DNA from: Planctomycetota bacterium
GTDB taxonomy: Bacteria; Planctomycetota; UBA1135; UBA2386
Assembly (NCBI GenBank): GCA_965228735.1
Contig: OZ245838.1
Span: forward strand, 3,968,001-4,032,000
Direction of reading: 5' to 3'
DNA: 64,000 nucleotides
The stretch's first letter is position 1. Every line of letters begins with the position of its first letter. A program made the position numbers and the translations under genes. The notes under the pieces were generated by a model that saw only the letters and a program-made list of their open reading frames with translations, did no database searches and had not been told where the DNA came from. Positions 56,400-64,000 of this stretch are shown in pieces.

Positions 56400-57128
56400 T
56401 CAGCGCGGTTTCTCGAACGTGATGAAGTAGTTCTCGGCGAGCCCGTCGATCGCGGCCTCACCGACGAAGCGGAGACCCGCGGCCTCGACCTCCGCGATGA
56501 CGGTCGCCTTGCCGCAGCGCACGTGGCCGAGGATCCACTCGCGGCTCTCGCCCGGGATACGCTCGAAGTCGACGATGACGAAGCGACCCCCGGGGCGCAG
56601 GGCGCGGTGGATCGAAGCGAGCGTCGAACGCGGATACTCGAAGTGATGGTACGTGTCACAGGTGAACACGACGTCGACGCTGGCCGGCGGCAGATTGACG
56701 TCACGCTCGGTGCACAAGACGGGCTCGACCTGCGACAGTCCGCGGGTTCGCACCCGCTCCCGCAGCCGTTCGACGAACTTCTCGGCGATCTCGACCGCGT
56801 AGACCTTGCCCGTTGCCGTCACATCGCGGGCGAAGAAGTCGACGAAGATTCCCGTGCCCGCGCCGACGTCGGCGACCGCCATACCGGGCTGCAGACCAAC
56901 GGCGCGGGCGATCCGGCTGCGGTGGGCGAACACCTCGCGGCTCTCCGTCTCGAAACGCTTCACGTAGCGGTCGACGTCGAGCTCGGGGTCGAGGAAGTTG
57001 TCGTTGATGCCGGGCTTGACGCTCGCCTCGGCCCCGCCGGCGATCACCTCACGCGAGCCACCCGCAGACTCGCACGAGCCGAAGAACGCGAACACGAGGA
57101 CGGTCGACGCAGGCAGGAGCTGGCGCAT
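56400..57128 (-). CDS. Class I SAM-dependent methyltransferase with a signal/lipoprotein-like N-terminus
   Basis: VADVGAGTG, VYAVEI, TYHHFE, ALRPGG. Confidence 0.9.
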   Translation of the reverse strand: MRQLLPASTVLVFAFFGSCESAGGSREVIAGGAEASVKPGINDNFLDPELDVDRYVKRFETESREVFAHRSRIARAVGLQPGMAVADVGAGTGIFVDFFARDVTATGKVYAVEIAEKFVERLRERVRTRGLSQVEPVLCTERDVNLPPASVDVVFTCDTYHHFEYPRSTLASIHRALRPGGRFVIVDFERIPGESREWILGHVRCGKATVIAEVEAAGLRFVGEAAIDGLAENYFITFEKPR

Positions 57129-58125
57129 GACGGGTAACCTACCGCCCGCGGACCGCGTCGTCATCGTCACGCCCGCGGCGCGCGGCAACTGGTCGGGCAA
57201 CCGCGTCACCGCCGTGCGCTGGGCGGGGTTGCTGCGCCAGCTCGGGATCCGCGTGCGCATCGTGACGGAGTGGCGGGCGGGCGACGACGCGCGCGACGCC
57301 GGCGAGCGCGTCGCGCTGTTCGCGGTGCATGCGAAGAAGTCGGCCGCGAGCGTCATCGCGTTTGCCAAAGCGCTCCCGGAAGCCCCGATCGTCGTGCTGC
57401 TCGCCGGCACCGACATCTATCCGAGGTTCGAACCCGACGCGGCAACGCTCACGGCGCTCGAGGCCGCGAGCGCGCTGATCGCGCTGCAGCCGCTCGCTCG
57501 TGACGTCGTGCCGCCCCACCTGCGCGACCGGGTGCGAACGGTCTGGCAGTCGGCGACAGCGGTCGTCGTCGAACCCCGTCAGGACGGTGAGTTCGCCGCG
57601 TGCGTGCTCGCACACCTGCGGCCCGTGAAGGACCCGCTGCTGCCGTTCGCCGCGTTGCGTGATCTGCCGCCGAGCCTGCCGGTGCGCGTGACGGTCGCCG
57701 GGCGCGCGATGACCGACGAGCTCGCGACGCTCGCCCGGCTCGCGACCGAGTCCGATCCGCGCGCGACCTGGCTCGGTCCGCTGCGTCGCCCCGCCGCCAA
57801 GGCGCTGCTCGCGCAGAGCGACCTCTGCATCGTCCCGTCGACGAGCGAGGGCGGTGCGAACGTGATCTCCGAGGCGATCGCCGCCGGCACTCCGATCGCC
57901 GCAACGCGAATCCCCGGCAACACCGGGCTGCTCGGCGACGACTGGCCGGCGCTCTTCGAACCGGGCGATGCGACCGCGCTCGCCGGGCTGCTCCAGCGGT
58001 GCGCGACCGACCCGTCGTTCTTCCAGGCTCTCGTCGAACGGACGGCCGCGCTGCAGCCGCAGGTCACGCCGGCGCGTGAGCGCGAGACGCTCGCCGATCT
58101 GCTCACCGAACTGTTCCCCCGGTAG
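57127..58125 (+). CDS. senB: Selenosugar synthase SenB-like glycosyltransferase (TIGR04348-type)
   Basis: IVTPA..SGNRVTA.RWA, AVHAKKS, LAGTDIY, HLRPVKDP, SEGGANV.SEA..G.P, GN.GLLG.DW. Confidence 0.85.
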   Translation: MTGNLPPADRVVIVTPAARGNWSGNRVTAVRWAGLLRQLGIRVRIVTEWRAGDDARDAGERVALFAVHAKKSAASVIAFAKALPEAPIVVLLAGTDIYPRFEPDAATLTALEAASALIALQPLARDVVPPHLRDRVRTVWQSATAVVVEPRQDGEFAACVLAHLRPVKDPLLPFAALRDLPPSLPVRVTVAGRAMTDELATLARLATESDPRATWLGPLRRPAAKALLAQSDLCIVPSTSEGGANVISEAIAAGTPIAATRIPGNTGLLGDDWPALFEPGDATALAGLLQRCATDPSFFQALVERTAALQPQVTPARERETLADLLTELFPR

Positions 58126-58180
58126 TCGCACAGAACTGTTGGGCGGTGACCGTCGTCGCGCGCCGCAAGCCACCAGCAGC

Positions 58181-58453
58181 ATGAACGACCCGACCCAGAC
58201 CGTTGCGCGCGACGCCCTGCGACGCCTCTCCGCCCCCCACGCCATCGCGTTCGGCAGCCGCCTCCTCGAGCGCGGCCAGGCCAAGACGCGGCCGGGCCAG
58301 ATCACGTTCCGCGAGTTCCTCGGCGTCGCGCGCGAGCTCGTCGCCCAGAAGCCCGAACAGTCCGCGATCTACCTCGCCGCCCTCGTGGCCCTCGACATGC
58401 ACACCGACGACAGCATCCTCTCCGCGCGGGCGGAGCCGCCGTCGACCAACTGA
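58181..58453 (+). CDS. Small hypothetical protein
   Basis: 90-aa ORF with host-like codon usage filling the gap after senB. Confidence 0.55.
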   Translation: MNDPTQTVARDALRRLSAPHAIAFGSRLLERGQAKTRPGQITFREFLGVARELVAQKPEQSAIYLAALVALDMHTDDSILSARAEPPSTN

Positions 58454-58476
58454 CGCCCGCGCGGTACGGTAGGGCC

Positions 58477-59451
58477 GTGGCGGAATCCACGAAGGCCCCG
58501 GTTCGCGCGCACGCCCCGCGACGGTTGGACGTCCCGCTGCTCGCCGGGATCGCGCTCGGCATGCTCTGCGGCGGTGTCGCCATGCCGGCACTCGAGTTCG
58601 AGTACCTGTTCGGAGGCGAGTCGTTCTCCGTCCTGAGCGGCATCTGGGGCTTCGCGACGTCGGGGAACCTGCTGCTGGCAGTGCTCCTGTTCGCGTTCTC
58701 CGTCCTCTTCCCGGTCGCCAAGCTCGTCGCGATCCTCGGGCTGTGGTTCGTGCCGACGCGCCGGGCGACGCGTCGCGAACTCGTCGAGTGGCTCGAGATG
58801 CTCGGCAAGTGGTCCCTGCTCGACGCGTTCGTGATCACCGTCATCATCGGTGCGGTGCAGCTCGGCATCCTCGCGGAGGCAGCCGCCCAGCCGGGCGTAT
58901 ACCTCTACCTCACAGCCATCGTGCTCTCACTCGTCGCGACGGCGCTCCTGCGCAACGTCGCCGGGATCGATGGCGAAGAACGCGCCCGGCGCCTGCACCT
59001 GCCCGGCTTGCTGATCACGATTCCGGCCGCATCGTTGTTCGCGGCCGGTCTGTCGACGCCGCTGATCGAAGTCGAGAAGGGCTGGTTCTGGAGCAACGAG
59101 TATTCGCTCCTCGACGGCATCGGCGAGCTCTTCGCCCGCGGCGACTGGGGCCTCGCGACCGCGCTCCTCGGCTTCGTCGTCGTCGTACCCGGTGTCCGCT
59201 TCCTCGCCCTGATCGTGCTGCGGGCGCTGCGAACGAAGGACACCCGCCTGACCTCTCCCCTGCGCATGTTGGATCGCTGGTCGATGGTCGAGGTCTTCGT
59301 GCTCGCGCTGCTGGTCGTGTTCACGAAACTGAGTTCGCTCGCGACGCCGACACCGCGGCTCGGCATGTGGCTCCTGATGGGTTCGGCCGCCCTGACGTTC
59401 GTCGACTCGATCGTGCTCCACCGTGGCTGGCGTCGACAGCAGTCGACGTGA
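58477..59451 (+). CDS. Paraquat-inducible protein A family (two PqiA domains)
   Basis: FSVLFPVAK..LGKWSLLDAF and LDRWSMVEVFV duplicated motifs. Confidence 0.85.
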   Translation: MAESTKAPVRAHAPRRLDVPLLAGIALGMLCGGVAMPALEFEYLFGGESFSVLSGIWGFATSGNLLLAVLLFAFSVLFPVAKLVAILGLWFVPTRRATRRELVEWLEMLGKWSLLDAFVITVIIGAVQLGILAEAAAQPGVYLYLTAIVLSLVATALLRNVAGIDGEERARRLHLPGLLITIPAASLFAAGLSTPLIEVEKGWFWSNEYSLLDGIGELFARGDWGLATALLGFVVVVPGVRFLALIVLRALRTKDTRLTSPLRMLDRWSMVEVFVLALLVVFTKLSSLATPTPRLGMWLLMGSAALTFVDSIVLHRGWRRQQST

Positions 59452-59470
59452 CCGCGCCAACGCAAATAGA

Positions 59471-60946
59471 TCACGCGATGAGTTCGGGGACCGGATCGGC
59501 GCCTTCGGTGCCGACGAGGCGCTGGTCGAGACCCGCGTAGAAGTAGGCGAGGCGGTTGGGGTCCAGTCCGAGCTGCTGCAGGATCGTCGCGTGCAGGTGC
59601 TTGACGTGCAGCGGCCGCTCGACGGCGGCGTTGCCGAGTTCGTCCGTCGTGCCGAGCGAGAAGCCGCCTTTGATGCCGCCGCCGGCGAGCCACATCGTGA
59701 AGCCCTTGCTGTCGTGGTCGCGACCGGTGCCCTTCGCGTACTCGGCGGTCGGCTGGCGGCCGAACTCGCCGCCCCAGACGACGATCGTCGAGTCGAGCAG
59801 CCCCCGTTGCTTGAGGTCGGTCAGCAGCGCCGCGATCGGCTGATCCGTCGCCCCCGCGTGCTTGTTGTGGTTGATCTCGAGATCGCCGTGGGCGTCCCAG
59901 TTGTGATCATTGTGGTTGCCGCCGGAGTAGATCTGGATGAAGCGCACGCCACGTTCGACGAGTCGGCGCGCGAGCAGGCACTTCCTGCCGAAGTCCTCCG
60001 TCCGCTCGTCCTCGATGCCGTAGAGCTGCTTGATGTAGTCCGGCTCGTTGCTGATGTCGATCGCTTCGGGCGCGTGCGACTGCATGCGATAGGCGAGCTC
60101 GTAGCTCGAGATCCGCGCCGCGAGATCGGTGTCGTCGTGGCGGGGCCGCAGGTGCGCCTCGTTCTGCTCCCTCAGCGTGTCGAGCAACCGGCGCTGCTCC
60201 GACTTCGTCATGCCCTTCGGCAGCGCGAGATCGAGGATCGGCTCGCCCGTCGGGCGCAACACGGTGCCCTGGTAGACCGCGGGCATGTAGCCGCTCGACC
60301 AGTTCTTCGCGCCCGAGATCGGCCCGCCGGTCTTGTCGAGCATCACGACGAAGCCCGGCAGGTTCTCGTTCTCGCTGCCGAGTCCGTAGGTCACCCACGA
60401 GCCCATGCACGGCGCTCCCGACAGGATGCGGCCGCTGTTCATCATCAGCATCGCCGAGCCGTGCAGCGGCGAGTCGGCGTACATGCTGTGCACGAACGAG
60501 ATGTCGTCGACGCAGCGCGCGACGTGCGGGAACAGGTCGCTCACGTACTTGCCGCATTCACCGTACTGGCGGAAGTTCCACTTCGGTCCGACGACGCGGC
60601 CCTGCGCCTTGGTGCCGCCACGGCCCTTCGTCTGGATGTCGATCGTCTTGCCGTCGAGCGGGTAGAGCTTCGGCTTGTAGTCGAACGTGTCGACCTGGCT
60701 CGGCCCCCCGTACATGAACAGGAAGATCACCGCCTTGGCCTTGCCCGGATGATGTGGGCGCTTCGGCGCCATCGGGTTGCCCTGGCCCTCGTCTGGCTGC
60801 GATCCGACCCGTCGATCCAGGCGGTCGAACGCGCCGTCGCGCGACAAGAGGTCGACGAGGCCGAGCGAGCCGAAACCGGCGCCGGCCTGCCAGACGAACT
60901 CGCGGCGCGTGCGGCCGCAGAACGTGTTCTTCGCGTTCATTGCCAT
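59471..60946 (-). CDS. DUF1501 protein (Tat-like signal)
   Basis: TRREFV, KAVIFLFM.GGPSQ.DTFD.KP, LLARRLVERGVRF, WD.H, GEFGR. Confidence 0.93.
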   Translation of the reverse strand: MAMNAKNTFCGRTRREFVWQAGAGFGSLGLVDLLSRDGAFDRLDRRVGSQPDEGQGNPMAPKRPHHPGKAKAVIFLFMYGGPSQVDTFDYKPKLYPLDGKTIDIQTKGRGGTKAQGRVVGPKWNFRQYGECGKYVSDLFPHVARCVDDISFVHSMYADSPLHGSAMLMMNSGRILSGAPCMGSWVTYGLGSENENLPGFVVMLDKTGGPISGAKNWSSGYMPAVYQGTVLRPTGEPILDLALPKGMTKSEQRRLLDTLREQNEAHLRPRHDDTDLAARISSYELAYRMQSHAPEAIDISNEPDYIKQLYGIEDERTEDFGRKCLLARRLVERGVRFIQIYSGGNHNDHNWDAHGDLEINHNKHAGATDQPIAALLTDLKQRGLLDSTIVVWGGEFGRQPTAEYAKGTGRDHDSKGFTMWLAGGGIKGGFSLGTTDELGNAAVERPLHVKHLHATILQQLGLDPNRLAYFYAGLDQRLVGTEGADPVPELIA

Positions 60947-60947
60947 C

Positions 60948-63734
60948 TCAATCGATGTAGATCATCTCGTTGCAGTTGAGCAGCACCAGACAGCATCGCT
61001 GCAACGCCTCCACGGCAGTGCGCCCGTGGTCGCGCACGAGGTCGCGATGGAGCGCCAGCAGGCGATCGAGGTCGGCGGCCCGCTCCGGCCGTTGCGTCAC
61101 GAGCCGCAGGCCGAGCGCGAGCTGCGCCCGCAGCTCCGAGCTCTCGGACTGCAGACGCAGCGCGAACCTGGCCGCCTGCTCCTGCGCGAAGTCGCCGTTG
61201 AGCATCGTCAACGCCTGCGTCGCCTGCACGGTCGCGAAGCGCACGGGGCAGCTGTTGTCGGTATCCGCCTTGTCGAACCCGGCGAGCAGCGGCTCGGGCA
61301 ACGACCGCTTCGTGTGCACGTAGAGACTGCGGCGCGCCGCCTGCTCGGGCGATGACCGGCCCCACGCCGCGTCGGGCCGCGATGCGGTCGCGAGCACGGC
61401 CGGCGGCAACGGCGGATACACCCACGGGCCGCCGAGCTGCGGGTTGAGCTCGTTGCTCATCGTGAGGATCGTGTCCCGGATCTCCTCCGCCGTGAGACGC
61501 CGGCGATCGAAGCGCCAGAACGCGTCGTTCCGCGGGTCGACAACCGCCGCCGCGGGGCGCGGCGCCGACGACATGCGATAGGTCGACGACAGCACGATCA
61601 GCCGGTGCATCGCCTTGAGGCTGCCGCCCTGCGCCTTGACCTCACACGCGAGCCAGTCGAGCAGCTCGGGATGCGTCGGATGCTCGCCGAGCCGGCCGAA
61701 GTCGTTGGGGAAGCGCGACAGGCCGCGGCCGAAGTGGAACTGCCAGAGGCGATTGCCGATTACGCGCCACGTGAGCACGTTGTTCGCGTCGGTGATCCAG
61801 CGCGCGAGCGCCGTGCGACGTCGGTGATCCTCGATCACCGGCGCGCGCGGCGTGAGCATTCCGGGGAACGCCGGCTCGACCTCGTCGCCCTTCACGTGCG
61901 CGCTGCCGCGGACCCGGACGAAGCTCGGCTCCGGCGGAGTGCGCTTGTCGCTGACGCACAGGATCTCGACCGTCGGCAACACGGGCCGCGTGAGGCCCTG
62001 CAATTCGTCGAACGCCGCCGCCCGTCCGTCGACGTCGCCGCTGCCGGCCGGCAACGCACGGACCATCGCCGGCGCCGCGATCCCGTCACGCAATCCGAGC
62101 GCGAGCGCTGCGACCTCGCCCGGCGCGAGCGCGCGCGAGAAGAACTGCAGTTCGTCGAGATCGCCGCGGAAGAAGCGCCCGCCCGCGGCCGACCGGCCGA
62201 CGACGAGGCGCTGCGGCGCGTTGAGCGCCTTGGTGTTGCCCTGCTTGCTGTCGGCGAGCACGCCGTCGACGTAGAGCGCGGCGCGACCGGAATCGCGATC
62301 GCGGGTGAACGCCACGTGGTGCCACTCGCCGTCGTGGTGACCGGAGCCGGAAGCGAGAAACGTCTCGGGCTGCCCGACACCCGCCGCGATCCGCCCGTCG
62401 CCATACCACGAGACGCCCCAGTCACGCGTGATCCCGCGCACCTCGCCGTCGACGAGCCCCGCGCCCTGGAACCACCGCGGGCGTTTCTCTTGCCCCGGGC
62501 CCGGCTGGTCGCTGCGCACGAAGAACGACACCGTGAACGAGCTCTGCACGACCCGCGGCAGGAGCACGGCGTCGTCGCCGTCGAAGCGCATGGCCGAGCC
62601 CATCCGCCCGTCGACCTCCACGACCTGGCCCTCGATGACCCCGTCGCGGTTGCCGTACTCGTCGCGCAGGACGGTCGCGTGCAGTTCGTCGCCGCTGTAG
62701 CGCGCGACCACGTCGGCGCGCGCGTCCTCGAGCAGCCGCGCCCGATCGAGCTCACTCGTCGCCGCCCGCGCGGCTTCGGCCACGCCACGGATGCGCGTGA
62801 CGATGTCCTGCCGACGCGCCTCGAACGCGTTCATCTCGCGCTCGAACACGTCTTCCGCACCGTCGACCGGCACCTCGCGCGACTGCCGATCGTAGGGCTC
62901 GAGGTTCTCGAAGAACGCCAGGAACGAGTAGTAGTCGCGCGCGAGCAGCGGGTCCTTCTTGTGATCGTGGCACCGCGCACAACCCATCGAGATGCCGAGC
63001 ATGACGCGCCCCGTCGTATCGGCGATGCCGTCGAGGTCGTCGTACCGCGCCTGCAGCCGATCCGTCGGCTCATCGTCGCTGATGCCGAGCCGGTAGTAGC
63101 CCGTCGCGATCCGATCCGCGACCGTCGCGTTCGCGAGCTCGTCGCCCGCGAGCTGCTTCGTCAGGAAGTCCTGATACGGCATGTCCGCGTTGAACGCGTC
63201 GACGACCCAGTCGCGATAGCGCCAGATGAACGGCTTCTTGTTGTCGCGCTCGTAGCCGTCGGTCTCGGCATAGCGCACGAGGTCGAGCCAGTGCCGCGCC
63301 CATTTGACGCCGTACTGCTCCGAGCTGAGCAGGCGTTCGACGACCCGGTCGTAGGCGTCCGGCGACTCGTCCGCGAGGAACGCTACGATTTCGCCGGCGG
63401 TCGGCGGCAACCCGGTCAGGTCGTACGTCACGCGTCGCAGCAGCGCGTGCTTGTCGGCCGCCGCCGCCGGCTCGAGGCCGCGCGCTTCGAGCCCGGCGAG
63501 CACGAAGCGATCGATCGCGCCCCGCGCCCAGCCCGCGTCCTGCACCGCCGGCACGGCGGGTCGAGTGAGCGGCCGATACGCCCACCAGTCGTCGCCCTCG
63601 CCCTGCGCGAGCAGCGCCGACGTGACGCCGAAGCACGTGATGGACGCGATCAGCGCACGGGCCGACGTGGCGCGGGTCAACCTGGGAAGGGCCAACCTGG
63701 CGCGGGTGAGCCTGGCACGGACGAACTTGATCAC
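60948..63734 (-). CDS. DUF1549/DUF1553 (PSCyt2/PSD1) protein with an inserted LamG-like domain
   Basis: IDRFV, LLRRVT.DLTGLPP, WARHWLD.VRYAET.G, CARCHDH, NR.W..HFG.G, P.HPELLDWLA; LamG-like WHHVA..LYVDG. Confidence 0.93.
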   Translation of the reverse strand: MIKFVRARLTRARLALPRLTRATSARALIASITCFGVTSALLAQGEGDDWWAYRPLTRPAVPAVQDAGWARGAIDRFVLAGLEARGLEPAAAADKHALLRRVTYDLTGLPPTAGEIVAFLADESPDAYDRVVERLLSSEQYGVKWARHWLDLVRYAETDGYERDNKKPFIWRYRDWVVDAFNADMPYQDFLTKQLAGDELANATVADRIATGYYRLGISDDEPTDRLQARYDDLDGIADTTGRVMLGISMGCARCHDHKKDPLLARDYYSFLAFFENLEPYDRQSREVPVDGAEDVFEREMNAFEARRQDIVTRIRGVAEAARAATSELDRARLLEDARADVVARYSGDELHATVLRDEYGNRDGVIEGQVVEVDGRMGSAMRFDGDDAVLLPRVVQSSFTVSFFVRSDQPGPGQEKRPRWFQGAGLVDGEVRGITRDWGVSWYGDGRIAAGVGQPETFLASGSGHHDGEWHHVAFTRDRDSGRAALYVDGVLADSKQGNTKALNAPQRLVVGRSAAGGRFFRGDLDELQFFSRALAPGEVAALALGLRDGIAAPAMVRALPAGSGDVDGRAAAFDELQGLTRPVLPTVEILCVSDKRTPPEPSFVRVRGSAHVKGDEVEPAFPGMLTPRAPVIEDHRRRTALARWITDANNVLTWRVIGNRLWQFHFGRGLSRFPNDFGRLGEHPTHPELLDWLACEVKAQGGSLKAMHRLIVLSSTYRMSSAPRPAAAVVDPRNDAFWRFDRRRLTAEEIRDTILTMSNELNPQLGGPWVYPPLPPAVLATASRPDAAWGRSSPEQAARRSLYVHTKRSLPEPLLAGFDKADTDNSCPVRFATVQATQALTMLNGDFAQEQAARFALRLQSESSELRAQLALGLRLVTQRPERAADLDRLLALHRDLVRDHGRTAVEALQRCCLVLLNCNEMIYID

Positions 63735-63832
63735 CGCGACACGGTATGCGCTCCGACCGGTCGGCTCACCCCCCGGTCGGGTGTCAAAGTGGTGATTCTG
63801 TGGGCCGAGTTCCGACCGCGAGGCCAGGACCG

Positions 63833-64000
63833 CTACCGCTGCTCCGTTGCCGACGCCGCGTCGGCATCGTCGGGGCCGTCACCGGTCATCTCGTCCTCCG
63901 CGGCGGCCTCGGCTGCCGCGATCAGCTCCGCGAGCGCGAGCACCCGCGGGTTCTGCACGTCCACGCCGGCGGCCAGCGCGAGGTCGAGATCGGCGGCCGC
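63833..64000 (-). CDS. 3' end of a gene starting beyond the window
   Basis: Open frame AAADLDLALAAGVDVQNPRVLALAELI..EQR*. Confidence 0.6.
   Translation of the reverse strand, partial: AAADLDLALAAGVDVQNPRVLALAELIAAAEAAAEDEMTGDGPDDADAASATEQR

Noticed and set aside
59471..63734. DUF1501 + DUF1549/1553 pair as a novel system
   Set aside because: A well-known, highly paralogous planctomycete module; used here only as a taxonomic marker
1..64000. tRNA, rRNA, integrase or transposase genes
   Set aside because: None recognised by eye, including tRNA-Sec; tRNAscan-SE/Rfam were not run

Overview
GC-rich bacterial DNA, probably Planctomycetota given the DUF1501 plus DUF1549/DUF1553 gene pair. From left to right the window holds: a partial secreted protein; an SDR; an ECF sigma/anti-sigma pair; wecB, a GT4 glycosyltransferase and a flippase; and an exported thioredoxin-fold selenoprotein (UPPC motif, split by the ORF caller at an in-frame TGA, with a SECIS-like hairpin). 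Next come a GldA/F/G-like ABC system whose DUF4340 partner carries an inserted GspG-like domain, and a CheB-GGDEF-EAL protein. An 18-kb aryl-polyene-like type II PKS/FAS cluster follows, with two flavin-dependent halogenase-like genes and an O-methyltransferase that lies in frame behind one halogenase's TGA. Further on are a nitrilase, a Sel1 protein, and a TonB2-type (ttpB/ttpC/exbB/exbD/tonB/TPR) uptake operon with a TonB-dependent receptor and a beta-helix surface protein downstream of Pho-box-like 11-bp repeats. A selenium micro-island then combines a tiny His/Cys lipopeptide ORF, a palindrome array, a second hidden selenoprotein (Rdx CxxU), a SAM methyltransferase and a senB-like selenosugar synthase with no neighbouring senA/selD. 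Two copies of a long REP-like hairpin with compensatory changes are also present. No rRNA, tRNA, CRISPR array or transposase was recognised. All family assignments come from motif recognition by eye, not from database searches.
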